From Octopus bimaculoides (lineage: Eukaryota), in contig NC_068991.1 of NCBI RefSeq assembly GCF_001194135.2, forward strand, positions 28,411,688 through 28,475,687: a stretch of DNA of 64,000 nucleotides, written 5' to 3'. This document shows positions 1 to 13,410 of the stretch, one piece after another. The notes beneath the pieces were generated by a model. That model was not told where the DNA came from. It did no database searches and saw only the letters and a program-made list of their open reading frames with translations. Position numbers and translations under genes: made by a program. Positions within the stretch are counted from its first letter, which is position 1. Every line of letters starts with the position of its first letter.

Positions 1-41
<41 letters not shown>

Positions 42-59
42 TTATAAATAACTATCTCA

Positions 60-684
60 ATAACCGAAGCTTACTCTAATACACGCGAGCTATTACTTAA
101 AAACGTGCTCGTCGAGCTAACCTGACCAGTCTCAGCCACGCCCATTTAACTATATATGGAAAGCACAAATCAGCAAGCGTTCCGTATATATGACTATATG
201 AACCTTCCTCACTCTCTTCCCCCTGCTTTTTCTCTCTTTCTCTGTATGTATAGAGTGTCTCTTTGTATCTATGTATCAATGTGTGTATGTGCATGCGAGT
301 GTATGTTGTGTGTGAACGAGCGTATGTGTGTGCATAACAGTATATCTGGGAAATGAGTATGAGTATATGTATGTGTTTATGTATGTATATATATGTCTGT
401 GTGTGTCTATGTGTGTGTGTATATATATATATGTGTGTGTGTGTGTCTATGTGTATGTATGCCTATCTGTGTGTGTGTGAGTTTACAAATTGTGCTTTAG
501 CCATGCGTCAATTCACGTGTCAAAAAGCGTGGAGCTCGGCACCTCCCTATATCTCGTTCCACTTCCTCCTCCCTCCATTGTTAATGTCGCCTGTTCCATA
601 TATATATATATATATAAACACACATAAATATACACACACTCACATATATATACATATTTAAATACACGCACACATACACACACG

Positions 685-725
<41 letters not shown>

Positions 726-2452
726 GTNNNNNNNNNNNNNNNNNNNNNNNNNNNNNNNNNNNNNNNNNNNNNNNNNNNNNNNNNNNNNNNNNNNNNNNNN
801 NNNNNNNNNNNNNNNNNNNNNNNNNNNNNNNNNNNNNNNNNNNNNNNNNNNNNNNNNNNNNNNNNNNNNNNNNNNNNNNNNNNNNNNNNNNNNNNNNNNN
901 NNNNNNNNNNNNNNNNNNNNNNNNNNNNNNNNNNNNNNNNNNNNNNNNNNNNNNNNNNNNNNNNNNNNNNNNNNNNNNNNNNNNNNNNNNNNNNNNNNNN
1001 NNNNNNNNNNNNNNNNNNNNNNNNNNNNNNNNNNNNNNNNNNNNNNNNNNNNNNNNNNNNNNNNNNNNNNNNNNNNNNNNNNNNNNNNNNNNNNNNNNNN
1101 NNNNNNNNNNNNNNNNNNNNNNNNNNNNNNNNNNNNNNNNNNNNNNNNNNNNNNNNNNNNNNNNNNNNNNNNNNNNNNNNNNNNNTATATATATATATAT
1201 TTATATATATATTTATATTTATATATATATTTATATTTATATATATATTTATATTTATATATAGATTATATATTTATATATAGATATAGATATATGCAAA
1301 TAAGTAAATAAGTGCATATTTGTGTGCACACCGATAAAACTTGCACGCACGCGTGCACACACGCAAATTTACATTCATATTGATAGATCTGTGTTTGTGT
1401 TTGCATATGTGTGTGCGCGTGCGTGCGTGCGTATGTGTGTAGATTGCAAATATAAACGTTTACTTCTTGTTGCATGCATATGAAATAGATGCACATATAC
1501 TTGCTCTAAATGCACATAGGCGGTGCACAACTTTAAAAATATTGCACGCGCATATATATATATATATATTATGCATACTGGTACATTGCACACCCGCATT
1601 TCGATTGCTCGTACGAACGGGCACTTTCACACACACACACACACACACACACAGCACATGCTTATAAATTACAGCCATCATCAACATTATCATAACTTTT
1701 GCAGAACTCTTGTCTTCTTCCTCTGTGGTGTTGTTCTGTCGACGTTGTCGTCTTCGTCGTCGTAGTAGTAGTAGTCGTGGCAACCGTTGCAAGTTGCAAT
1801 TGTTGCTATTGCACAAAGTAAACATGGTTAGCAAGGGTGGGTTGTTGAATAAAAGTTAAAGCAAACACATCTTCCGCGTATCTTTTGTACACTCACACAC
1901 GCACACTCACACACACTCACTCACACACATACATTCGCGCGCGCGCATACACACGAGTGTTTGCCTATCTATGAGAAGTGAGAGAGATAGTGACAGAGCA
2001 AAAAGAGGGTAAGAAAAATAAGATAGAAGAGACAGGGAATACATGCAAAAGAAAGAAGTATTAAAAACGACCTAAAACACATGTATTACCATCACTATCG
2101 ACAACATCATTATAATCAGAAACACCAACGTAATCACTATCATCGTCATTGGTTGGACAAGGGAGTCCTGATATGAGAAAACTCACATACTGGCAAGAAG
2201 TTGGAATGCTAAATATATTGAGAAAAAACGTAAAACTATGTTATGTGCTGTAAATGGATGTTTTAGAGTTGTGGAAACTAAAATATGTAACTTAAAAACC
2301 ACAAAGAATCGTTTTAAGTAGGTAAGAGCCTTATTTTAACTAAATCTCTTCCGTTTCATTTTTGTATACGTATTTTTGTGTATGTATATCGTATACTTAT
2401 ATATACACACACACCACACTTTTAGTGTTTTTGCTATAGGGGTGGGGTTTTC

Positions 2453-2518
<66 letters not shown>

Positions 2519-4858
2519 TTATTTGTTTGTGTGTATGCATAGGTGATGTTGTGATGTTGATGCATGGTTTACCTGCGGCGTCAGACTTGTAAATAAGAAC
2601 TGAAATGTTCGAAAAGAAAATGATTCATTTCCTATTTCTGCCTTTATTTAAAAATATTATAGTTTTTTCATGTTTTGCTGTTGTGACTGGTATATAATGA
2701 CTTGTAGATTCATCACTTTTTGAAAAATATGTCTTTGTTTTGGGGCCGTGCTTAGTTTGGTTCCTATTCATTTCTTTTCATAAAGTATTTAGATAATATT
2801 AATATAACTTCATAGGAAGATATTTTGCACATATTGTTGCTGTTGTCTCTAAAACCCTTTAAATATATATACTTTCTAATCGAACCCTTTCAGGGCCACT
2901 TGCACACATCACTTATATTTTTGTTTCAACTTATTTTCTCCACCAGCGTTGACAGACATTTCCAGTTTACATACATACATACATACACACGTACATACAT
3001 ACATATATACATACATGCATACATACATACATACATACATACATACATACATGTGTATTATGTATGTATGCATGCATGCATATATGTATGTATGTATGTG
3101 CGTATGTGTATGTTTTCTGTCGTTGTTTAGCCCCAGGTCAGCTGTGATTGAGCAGACGTGTGATCAAAAGCCATTGCAATCGTAATCATCAGTTTTTTTT
3201 TTTTGTTTTTTTTTTCGGCGATAGGGCATCTTGAACTTCAATATGTCCTTTTTTTCTTGAAAGAATCTGGCTGCTCTTTTTAGCAGTTGAAGTAATCGTA
3301 TAGAAGAGCCTTATACATATATATATAGAGAGATAGATAGATAGATAGATAGATAGATACACATGTTTGTTCGTATGTACGTGTACTTACATATATACCT
3401 CCCATGTATGTATCTATGTATGTGTGTGCGTATGTGTATGCATGTATGCATATATCCGGTCTCTTCNNNNNNNNNNTTCTAACAGGGAAACTTTGTCCCA
3501 AGCATTCATACCTATGTAAGCTCGCAAGCACATGCAAAAAACTTATGCATAGATACACATTCATATTTATGCACATACATATACTCATATTTACGTACAA
3601 ACATTTATTGCAAATATATTCATTCATATTTATGCATTTAGTCGTTAAACAAAGATAAAGCACGTGCTTAGGGCACTAAGGGAGGGTGGTGAGCCAGTTT
3701 GTTCCAGTGTCTGATTCATTATAATTAATTAACTGAAGTTTTTTAATGAAGAAAGAAAAGGGTGTAAAAATTTGCATTTTTTCCTGGTTTTAAGAAAATT
3801 TAATTTCGTAAAATGACCGAAATTGTTTAATGTACGTGCAAATTCCATATATTTAATATTGCTGTGAGGATTGGACTTGGCAATGGCCTGGAACTACGGT
3901 AGATGTTTAATCTAGTCTTTTTATATTCTTTATTATATTTAATGTCACCGTTGTTAGACAATGATAAGTATTGACAGCAGCGTACCGTAACTGCGTTGTA
4001 ACAAGGGTATTGTTAAACTAACCCAGCACATGCATATACACTGTCATGCTGACACACAAATGCACGTACACACGCACGTTCGCGCGTGCGTCTAATCATT
4101 CATACTGAAACATGCATATACGCATTCATGCTTATGCTTATACACATTCAGTCATGCATATGGACATGCATTTATACACACATTCATGCTTAAAGACAGG
4201 CGAACATACATACATACATCCGTGCTTATAAACCTATAGGCATACACATAGTCATGCTTAAACACATGCATATGTAATCACATATTCATGTTTATACACA
4301 TGCATATATACATACTCTCATTCATGTTTAGGCACATGCATACACACACATCACACGCTCCAAGGAGGCAGTCACAATGTGGCCACTCAATTTGCTGGAA
4401 ATCATAGCCAGATGCAATGAAATGGATGCAGGCATTACTGTGTAGTCAAGAAGTTCGTTTCGTATCTGTGTAGTTCTAGGTTCGATATCACTCCACGGAT
4501 CTCTTAAGCATCGAGTTGACCAGTGCTTGAGTGCGTGTGTATAATATAACATATTATGTTATGTTATATTATATTATATTATATTGTATTGTATATGCTT
4601 GTGTTCCAGCAAAAGTTAGACACATCAGCAAAAAATTACCGATTCTTTCGATGCATCGAACAAATATTACCCTGTAGTATTTATTCCACCGAGTTGCTTG
4701 GACCCTGCATTGTACCTCTTGCCATAGGTAATGCAGTGGACCCGTAACTGGATGCCTAGAAGCAGAGATGCTTATCCCTTGGAATGCAAAAGGAAAAAGT
4801 GGTCACATGTGGAATAGTTTCAAAAATCTTGGTCGATCAAGGCTGATCTGGGTCTAAG

Positions 4859-4900
<42 letters not shown>

Positions 4901-4922
4901 TATACTTATATTCATTCATGTT

Positions 4923-4966
<44 letters not shown>

Positions 4967-5500
4967 TACATGAGCATACATATATACAAACGTACATTCC
5001 GATACATGTAACTACACATGCACACATACATACATACATACATGCACATTCATATACACATACGTACACACATACAAACATTTCTCGTGTGCCTGTTCAC
5101 TCGTCGAGCCAACGATTGACTTTTTCAAAATGCATCGAAACAACACATTTTATACGCATGCAGTGTAACATATTTTATACGCATATGTGTGCGTGTTTGT
5201 GTGTGTGTGTGTACATTTGTAGGTATGTATGTATGTATTTGTGTGCGTGTACTTACGCATATGGTCATATTTTGGTATTTACATGTGTGCATATAAATAA
5301 ACTAAATGTGCGTTTTAATTAAAACATACGTTAGTGTACAATTAAACGTTTTTTTTATACCTAAATATATTTGTCTGTTTATGTAATATATGCGTGTGTG
5401 TGTGCGTGAAAGACAGCGGTGAACTGCATGTTTATATTCTGCGTTTGTATAAATAAATCTATATTCGAAATCCTTCCTTTATTTGTGTTCTGGATGCTGC
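60..5500. promoter_or_regulatory. Candidate promoter/5' regulatory region of the CIPC-like gene
   Basis: Visibly more CpG than the rest of the window; CACGTG at 514-519 and 3661-3666; CACGTT/AACGTG at 103-108 and 4075-4080; CACGCG at 82-87, 1348-1353 and 1545-1550. TSS not located. Confidence 0.35.
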
Positions 5501-6500
5501 ATCGTTGTGTCATGCTGCACATCACTGCTACTACCATATATTGCAACAAATCACTGTTGCATTTATCATTCCAAGACTAGCAACAACAATACAGTGTAGC
5601 TCATCAATGCTGCACCGACGACTCCAAGATCACCACCAACACCACATCATACTGCAACAAGTCACTGCTGCATTTACCAGTCCAAAAGTACCGCCACCTC
5701 GCTGCATGAAGAAGTCACTGCTATGCTTACTACTCCAAGACCACCACGACCACATACTGCACATACTGCTACATGCAAATCAGCTCTGCATCATCACTTA
5801 GTGCATCAAATTATCATTGCACTTTCCACTCCATCACTGCACACTGCATCAAGTCACCACCACCTCTGTCCAGATAGTCATGACTTGCAAGAGAGTCTAA
5901 CATACATACCATGTTGCATTTGATTTAAGTGCTTATGTAACAGCAAACAGGCATAGACACACTCTTGGCCTAGTAAAGCATCTATGAGGCATCCCCCCAG
6001 CAACCAGCTGATGCTGATTGGCAGCTGAAAAGACTGGTGCAATGTGAAATAAAGTGCATGGCTCAAAGAAACGATGCACCAGCTGGGCCAAGGATTGAAC
6101 CTTTGATTTTACTATCATGAGCTGATTAGCAGCCCAAATCACCAGGCCACATAGTTTTACCTCCATAATGGCATTATCACCGCCTTTCCATCAATGCTAC
6201 CCACCACGGCCACTACACCACCAGCTCGTGCATCAAGTCATCACTACATCATTACCGGTATTACCACTGCAGCTGCACCACCTAAACCTCCACTTAGTGC
6301 ATCAAATTACCACAGCACCACAACACCCACACAACACCACCACCTCATGCATCAAGTCACCAATGCAACTACTGCCTAGTGCATCATACCACCACCACCT
6401 ACCCACCTCATGCATGAAGTCACCTCTGCACCATTGCAATCATCATGCGCATCAACTCACTGCTGCACCGCCACCACTGCATCTAGTCATGTGCAGTGGC
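5500..6500. repeat. Degenerate CAC/CAT-rich tandem repeat (recurring TGCATCAAGTCAC motif) interrupted by a SINE
   Basis: Motif variants near 5543, 5653, 5801, 5846, 6229, 6298, 6350, 6411 and 6449; reverse tRNA-headed SINE at about 5900-6160. Confidence 0.6.
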
Positions 6501-7097
6501 ACTTTCATATCTCAACTCTAACCTACATCATTCAACCATGTGACCAGAATCTACACTTCTGCTTTCCTCTTCCCCCTCCACCACCACAAGTATACCCCTG
6601 TATCAACTGTGCTCTTCCTAGAGCATCTTACATCTATAACACAGACACACACATACATATTCAATATTTCAATATTGTATCATTATCAATAATTATGTTT
6701 TTTTTTTGTTTTTTTTTTGTTTTTTTTTTTGATAATAGAATAGAAAACCTTACAGGAGACAAGACCTCTGCAACTATGGAGATATATCAGGTATATACTA
6801 TATATATATATACATATATATTCATATAGAGATACATGCACACACACACAGATACATACACATACACACACACATGCACACATACATGGGGCAGATTAGC
6901 AGAGTCATTAGAGTATTGGAAAAATAATTTGTGGCATTTGTTCTGAGTTCAAATTCTGCTGTGATCATCTTTGCCTTCCAACCATTTGGGGGTTAATCCT
7001 TTAAATTTATTCTCGCAATGATGTTAAATATTTACCAAAGATAAAAAAAAAATAGAATTGGTATTTTCTGCAAACCACATTGCCTCAATAAACTATA

Positions 7098-7810
7098 TGC
7101 AATCATGGTTGTGTGGTATGGAGCTTGCTTTCCAACCATATGGTTCCAGGTTCAGTCCCACAGCATGGCACTTTGGGCAAATGTTTTCTACTATAGCCTC
7201 AGACTGACCAAAGCTTTGTGAGTGGATTTGGTAGAAACTGAAAGAAGCCCATTGTATATATATATGTATACATTTATCTATACATATTCACAGGAGAGGC
7301 TGTGTGGTAAGTAGCGTGTTTACCAACCACATGGTTCCGGGTTCAGTCTCACTGCGTGGCTCCTTGGGCAAGTGTCTTCTACTATAGCCTCGGGCCGACC
7401 AAAGCCTTGTGAGTGGATTTGGTGGACGGAAACTGAAAGAAGCCCGTCGTATATATATGTATATATTTGTGTGTGCGTGCTTGTGTGTCTGTGTTTACAT
7501 CCCCGTAACTTAGCAGTTCGGCAAAACAGACCAATAGAATAAGTACTAGGCTTACAAAGAATAAGTCCTGGGGTCAATTTGCTCGACTAAAGGCGGTGCT
7601 CCAGCATGGCCACAGTCAAATGACTGAAACAAGTAAAAGAGTAAAAAGAGAGTTATGTGTACGTGTCATTCTGCCTGTGTTTGTCCCCCACCATCACTTG
7701 ACAACCGATGTTGGTGTGTTTATGTCCCCTTAACTTAGCGGTTCAGCAAAATAGACTGATAGAATTAAAAAACCCTTTAAGGTGGTGCTCCATCATGACC
7801 ACAGTCAAAT
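7098..7810 (+). mobile_element. Tandem copies of tRNA-derived SINE family B (head ...ggttccgggttcagtccc..., core ccttgggcaagtgtcttctactatagcc)
   Basis: Two heads (about 7098 and 7291) plus a duplicated 3' module (7490-7650, 7700-7810). Other copies: 13687-13845(-), 16803-16885(+), 17262-17422(-), 21018-21180(+), 24662-24810(-), 55805-55960(-). Confidence 0.8.
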
Positions 7811-10800
7811 GACTTAAGAATAAAAGCCCAGAATATCACTAAATGTAGCTTCAAACATGGCATTTCCCAAAACCTAGATTGGTTTATAAAACTGCTTTCT
7901 GCAGTTAAAGGTAATGAAATTTTGAATAGCTATATCTGATTTCCACTGTAAAAGGGTTATGAAATAAGTACCCGTCAAGTAGTAATGGGGATCAATAGTA
8001 TTGACCAAGCCCTTCCTCTAACAATTGCTAACTTAGGGCCTAAATTAGAAACCGTCCTTATACATATTGCAATGTTCAATGTGTTACAGCCTGAATCATT
8101 GAACTTTACAGAACTCACAATAAAACTGATATCCTATTTATATATATATATAAATACATATACATACTGTGTTCTTTCTCGGAGGTACTTGTAGCCAGCT
8201 ACACTACATTTATACATAAGATCAGTGTTCTTGCTGTCACTTCTGTCAACAAATCATTCACTCACTGTGCTCCTTCAAAGACATGAAAAAAGAGATCCCT
8301 TACTTGAGAAACAGGTAAGGGTTAGTGGCAGGAAGACCATCTGGCTGTAGAACAATACCTCAAGGATATATTCATGTAACCCCATCCTAGCAATGTAAAA
8401 GTGGATGCTCATTTTTTAAGGCGGTAAAGTCTGATTTGGTTGCTATTTCTGGTAAATCATGCAATCCCATAGTGGCACACACTTATTATCTAGAACAGTT
8501 GATAAAAGACCTGTCCTTTTAGGCTCCATCCATCATGTTATTCTTTTGGTATAACCAACAGACAAAGAAGAAAAGAGTGCTTGAGAAAGGCAAATGGACT
8601 TACCCTACAATCTGACCTCTCATCATGTAGCTGTGCCAGACCAAAAACATTTTCAGAAGATGACCACAACCTTTGGCCTGAAAGTAATGCAGGAACGTTT
8701 GTTTGTTATGTGACCATATTTCTCATAAAATATTGGTTACAAATTTTGGCACAAGGCCAGTAATTTCAGGTGTGTGGAGTAAGTTAATTATATCAACCCC
8801 TGTCTTCAACTGATACTTATTTTATCAACCCCAAAAGAGATGAAAGGTACAGAACAGAAAGACAAGCAAAATGTCGTTAAGCATTTTGCCTAGAGTGCTC
8901 GCGATTCTTCCATCTTATAAATTGATAGTTTGATTTTTGAAGAATGGTGAAACTCAGCTCTTTGTCTCTTTTCTTCACCTTCTTCATTATTTTTTTAAGG
9001 TGGACATCATTGTTGTTTTGTAAAACTTATTTCTCCTTGCCTTTTTGTTTGTTTCGTGTTGACCTTTCAGTTTTTTTAAAAAATTTTCTTTTATTCTTTC
9101 TTTTTTTTTTTTTAGATTTTGCATTTTATTCAACAATTAGTACACTTTCCTCAGCAACCATTATTTCTTCATCATCACACACTGATGAAGTACCAATGGT
9201 TACCACTGTTAAAGGACATGTTATTTACTCACTTGTTTCTAAACTTGCTCTGGAAACAAGGGTTTGTTACTTCTGTTGGTGTCCCAGCTGGTTTCCATGG
9301 TTTTCCTTCCCCATTTTCTAGCCTGGTCACTCTAGTTCTTCAAGACAAAAAGCTTTAGGGTGGTTCATACTTCAACAAATGCAGCAATTAGGCTTTGCCC
9401 TTTGCCCTTTGTCTTGATGCCCTTTGCCCTTTGTCTTGATGCCCTCAACTGGGCACAGTTTTAATAAGGCTTTGTGGCCTTCAGAGGTCATCAAGACCAG
9501 CAAACCCATTCCAACACACCCTGGCCTCATGATGTTATTTCTAGTTAGCTCTGCTTTAACCACTCAAGCATATTGGTTTCAAATTTTGACACAAGGCCAA
9601 CAAGTTTGGTGGGAGGGGCTAAGTCAATGACATCAACCTCAGTGCTCAGTTGGTTCTTACTTTATCCACTCCAAAAGAATGAAAGACAAAGTCAACCTCA
9701 GCAGAATTTGAACTCAGAACATAAAGATGGACAAAATGCTGCTAAGCGTTTTGCCCAGTATGCCAACAATTTTACCAACTCGCCGGCCAAACCACTCACC
9801 CATATTGCAATACAAAATGGAAGACTAGACACAGATCTATATCACTTCTTCATATCATGAACTGGGAAATAAATAGATAGGTGAAGGTATGTGTATCAAT
9901 TTCAGCCTGTATTGTGGCTGAGTCTTCATTTTTGAAAATACACATATAGCAGATAGTGCCATGACTTTTCTTCCTTTCTCAATTGAGAAAATTTCTTCTG
10001 AGATGTCCCAAATTGCTTGTTGCAATTTTTGTTCTGGAGGTAGATTCTGTCAAGTACCATCTTTTCTAACGCATAAATATTTTTTTTTCTTTGCTCTCTT
10101 TTGGGTTAAACCCATTGGCAAAGAAACACTGTTTAGTCTTCCAAAATTCTCCCAACTACTTTTTTTTTCTTGGAACTGTGTTAAGTATAAAAACTTTATT
10201 TGTTCTGTTTGTGTTAGCTTTAACATAACCACTATGAGAACAATTTAAGATGCCTGACTCCAAGCAAATGTTGCCACTGTTATTGTTGCTGCTATTATCA
10301 TTATCATTAAAACTATCTTTATTTACCACAAGAGAAACAGATTTGGAGACAGACATTTAGAGGACAAATTGGTGGTGGTGGTGGCAGTAGTGATGGCAGC
10401 AGCAGCAGTGCCCTTCTCCAGCTGTGCTATTTGACCTTCAAGCACAGGCTGAGAGTGGATCAATTTGTGCGGCTCATTCTGACCACATACTCCTGCCTTT
10501 TGAGCAAACTTACAAGAGAGTAGCACATTCCTCTTCATATAATGGTTTCAAATCCATGGGGATGAAAGGCAAAATTGACCACAGTGGGATTTGATACCAG
10601 AAAGTAAAGAGCTGTAAAAAATTTTGCAGAGATTATTTCTGATGTTCTAACAATTTTGCCAGCTCACTTCCTTTCCTCTTCAAATATTAGTTTCTAATAT
10701 TATCAGAAATGTTTATGGCCAAGACTTATGGTGATTTGTTCTGCTTGAGAAGACATGTCAAGCTATCAGAGTCGTTGTTGTCATTATTGTCGTCATCATT

Positions 10801-11121
10801 GTCATCATCATCATCGTTGTTGTCATCGTCGTCATCATCATCATTTCAATGTCCATTTTGTCATGCTCACATAGGTCAGACAGAATTCACTAAAGCAGAT
10901 CTTCTACAACCAGATGACCTTCCTGTCACCAATCCTCACCTGCTTCCAACTAACATAATGTTTCCCTGTGGATGAACATATTTTCATGGAAGATTGGAAA
11001 TGAAGGATATCACTTGTATGATAGGGATTCTCATTTACAATTATTATATAATGTCACGTCAAGGAGACCCATACACAGATACACACACATACATACATGC
11101 ATATATACACACTCACATATA

Positions 11122-11162
<41 letters not shown>

Positions 11163-11388
11163 NNNNNNNNNNATAAGGAGTGCATTGTGTTTCATAAATA
11201 ATATTTCAAGGGTTTAACATAACAAAAAGAAAAATTTAACGACAACATAACAATCAGAAAATTTGACAAAAAAAAACAAACAATGGTTTTGTCAAATTTT
11301 CCATTTGTTATGTTTTCGTTAAATTTTTCCATTTGTTCTGTTAAATCCTTGAAATATATATATATATATCCACACACACACTATATAT

Positions 11389-11590
11389 CATCATCATCAT
11401 CATCATTGTTTAACGTCCGCTTTCCATGCTAGCATGGGTTGGACGATTTGACTGAGGACTGGTGAGCCAGATGACTACACCAGGCTCCAATCTGATCTGG
11501 CAGAGTTTCTACAGCTGGATGCCCTTCCTAACGCCAACCACTCCGAGAGTGTAGTGGGTGCTTTTACTTGCCACCAGCACAAGGGCCATG
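11389..11590 (-). mobile_element. RTE LINE 3' end with (GAT)n tail
   Basis: Reverse complement of the 3' end of the RTE copy at 46650-46838; (CAT)n on +. Confidence 0.8.
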
Positions 11591-11665
11591 AGAGAGCTTT
11601 CTCGATTATCCGGCAATTATTTAATATTGATGGTTTGGTTGGAATCATTCAGTTTTTCCGGTATA

Positions 11666-12407
11666 TCATCATCATCATCATCATCATCGTTTAACGTCCG
11701 CTTTCCATGCTAGCATGGGTTGGACGATTTGACTGAGGACTGGTGAAACCGGATGGCAACACCAGGCTCCAGTCTGATTTGGCAGAGTTTCTACAGCTGG
11801 ATGCCCTTCCTAACGCCAACTACTCAGAGAGTGTAGTGGGTGCTTTTACGTGTCNNNNNNNNNNNNNNNNNNNNNNNNNNNNNNNNNNNNNNNNNNNNNN
11901 NNNNNNNNNNNNNNNNNNNNNNNNNNNNNNNNNNNNNNNNNNNNNNNNNNNNNNNNNNNNNNNNNNNNNNNNNNNNNNNNNNNNNNNNNNNNNNNNNNNN
12001 NNNNNNNNNNNNNNNNNNNNNNNNNNNNNNNNNNNNNNNNNNNNNNNNNNNNNNNNNNNNNNNNNNNNNNNNNNNNNNNNNNNNNNNNNNNNNNNNNNNN
12101 NNNNNNNNNNNNNNNNNNNNNNNNNNNNNNGCTTGCCGGGTCTTCTCACGCACAGCACATTTCCAAAGGTCTCGGTCAGTAGTCATCGCCTCGGTGAGGC
12201 CCAATGTACGAAGGTCTTGCCTCACCACCTCAGCCCAGGTCTTCCTGGGCCTACCTCTTCCACGGGTTCCCTCAACTGTTAGGGTGTGGCACTTTTTCAC
12301 GCAGCTATCCTCCTCCATTCTCACCACATGTCCATACCAGCGCAATCGTCTCTCTTGCACGCCACAACTGATGCTTCTAATGTTCAGCTTTTCTCTCAAG
12401 ATATATA
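11666..12407 (-). mobile_element. 5'-truncated RTE-clade LINE (ORF C-terminus + 3'UTR, internal gap)
   Basis: ORF REKLNIRSISCGVQERRLRWYGHVVRM...GRGRPRKTW, the typical RTE C-terminus; near-identical family to 45650-46838; (CAT)n tail. Confidence 0.9.
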
Positions 12408-12524
12408 TATAGTGAGTTCAAACAAGAAAAACGGCAAAAAAAGCAACAAAAAACAACAATGCGAGGACTTGATACAGATATTGTGTTACTGGACGCTGAG
12501 GAAAGGAATAGTTATATATATATA

Positions 12525-13410
12525 CTAGCTGACGTACCCGGTAATTCCCAGAAAAGCAGGGCTTATCCCTTGGTTCCATTCTCATAATTGTTTCACTAAT
12601 CCAGTAACAACAATACAAAGTATGTAGCCCTTAAAATGGTTTTTGTGCATTTATAGAGAATACCAAACTGTCTTACACATGATCTTGTTTTCAGGAATTC
12701 CCAATAAGTTATGAATACCCAAATTGTGAAGTCAGTTGTGTAATAACATGAAATTAATTACCCGATAGTAAGAATTCAAATAAAGTAGCCCCGAAAAAGG
12801 CTTTAATACGTTTCCAGAGTATATAGAACTTAGGCGAAAATACTAATAAGGTATGTATACTAAAATAATGAAGCATGTTACATAATAACAGGTTAATCAG
12901 ATATGAGATAATAACAATTCAAAGTAAATAACTCTGAAAAAAGCTTTTGTGCGTTTGCAGAGGATATTACCCTCAGCAGTGCTAGTGTTGGTATATTCAT
13001 GAATAAGTCACTAACTGAAATAAGTGGATCTGTTGTTTACGAAAATACTATTTACTTGTTTAAGCATTGTACTGGATAAAATGTGAAAATAACTGAAATA
13101 GTTCAAATACTAAGAAATAAACATTCTCAATTTGATTTATACTAAATAATTTACGAAGATGAATGGGTTATTTCCCTTGGATGTTTAAAAATAATATATT
13201 AGTTATATGTAGTAGATATAAGAATCCCTTCCAGGGGCCCAATTATCAATTTTTTTTTTCAATAATCTAAGTATGTCACTAGTTTTCCAAACATGAGTTC
13301 TACTCATGTGTCAAGTTTAATCAAAATCAATAAAATGATGTAGGAGGAGTTAGATAACAACTCCACAAACAAACACACCCGCAGACAGAATTTTCCACAT
13401 ATGTAGTAGA
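12525..13410 (-). mobile_element. Non-autonomous Helitron
   Basis: On - strand starts A|TC (13410) and ends CTAG|T (12525), with an imperfect GC hairpin (cccggtaattcccag) just inside the 3' end; 5' part shared with 24170-24653. Confidence 0.7.

Noticed and set aside
97-5322. Many short ORFs rich in Y/I/C/V/H/T
   Set aside because: They are translations of TA/CA/TG microsatellites, with no splice or domain support. The same applies across the window.
5379-5386. D-box/VP-box TTATGTAA (also 5933 and 12878)
   Set aside because: An AT-rich 8-mer expected by chance here; one copy lies within a SINE and one within a Helitron.
5505-6829. His/Pro/Thr-rich ORFs as a real protein
   Set aside because: Several frames are open because of CAC-repeat composition; interrupted by a SINE; no convincing splice sites.
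8651-8690. Hammerhead-like cagaaga...gaaag
   Set aside because: Core mutated, stem II poor, no cleavage triplet or stem III.
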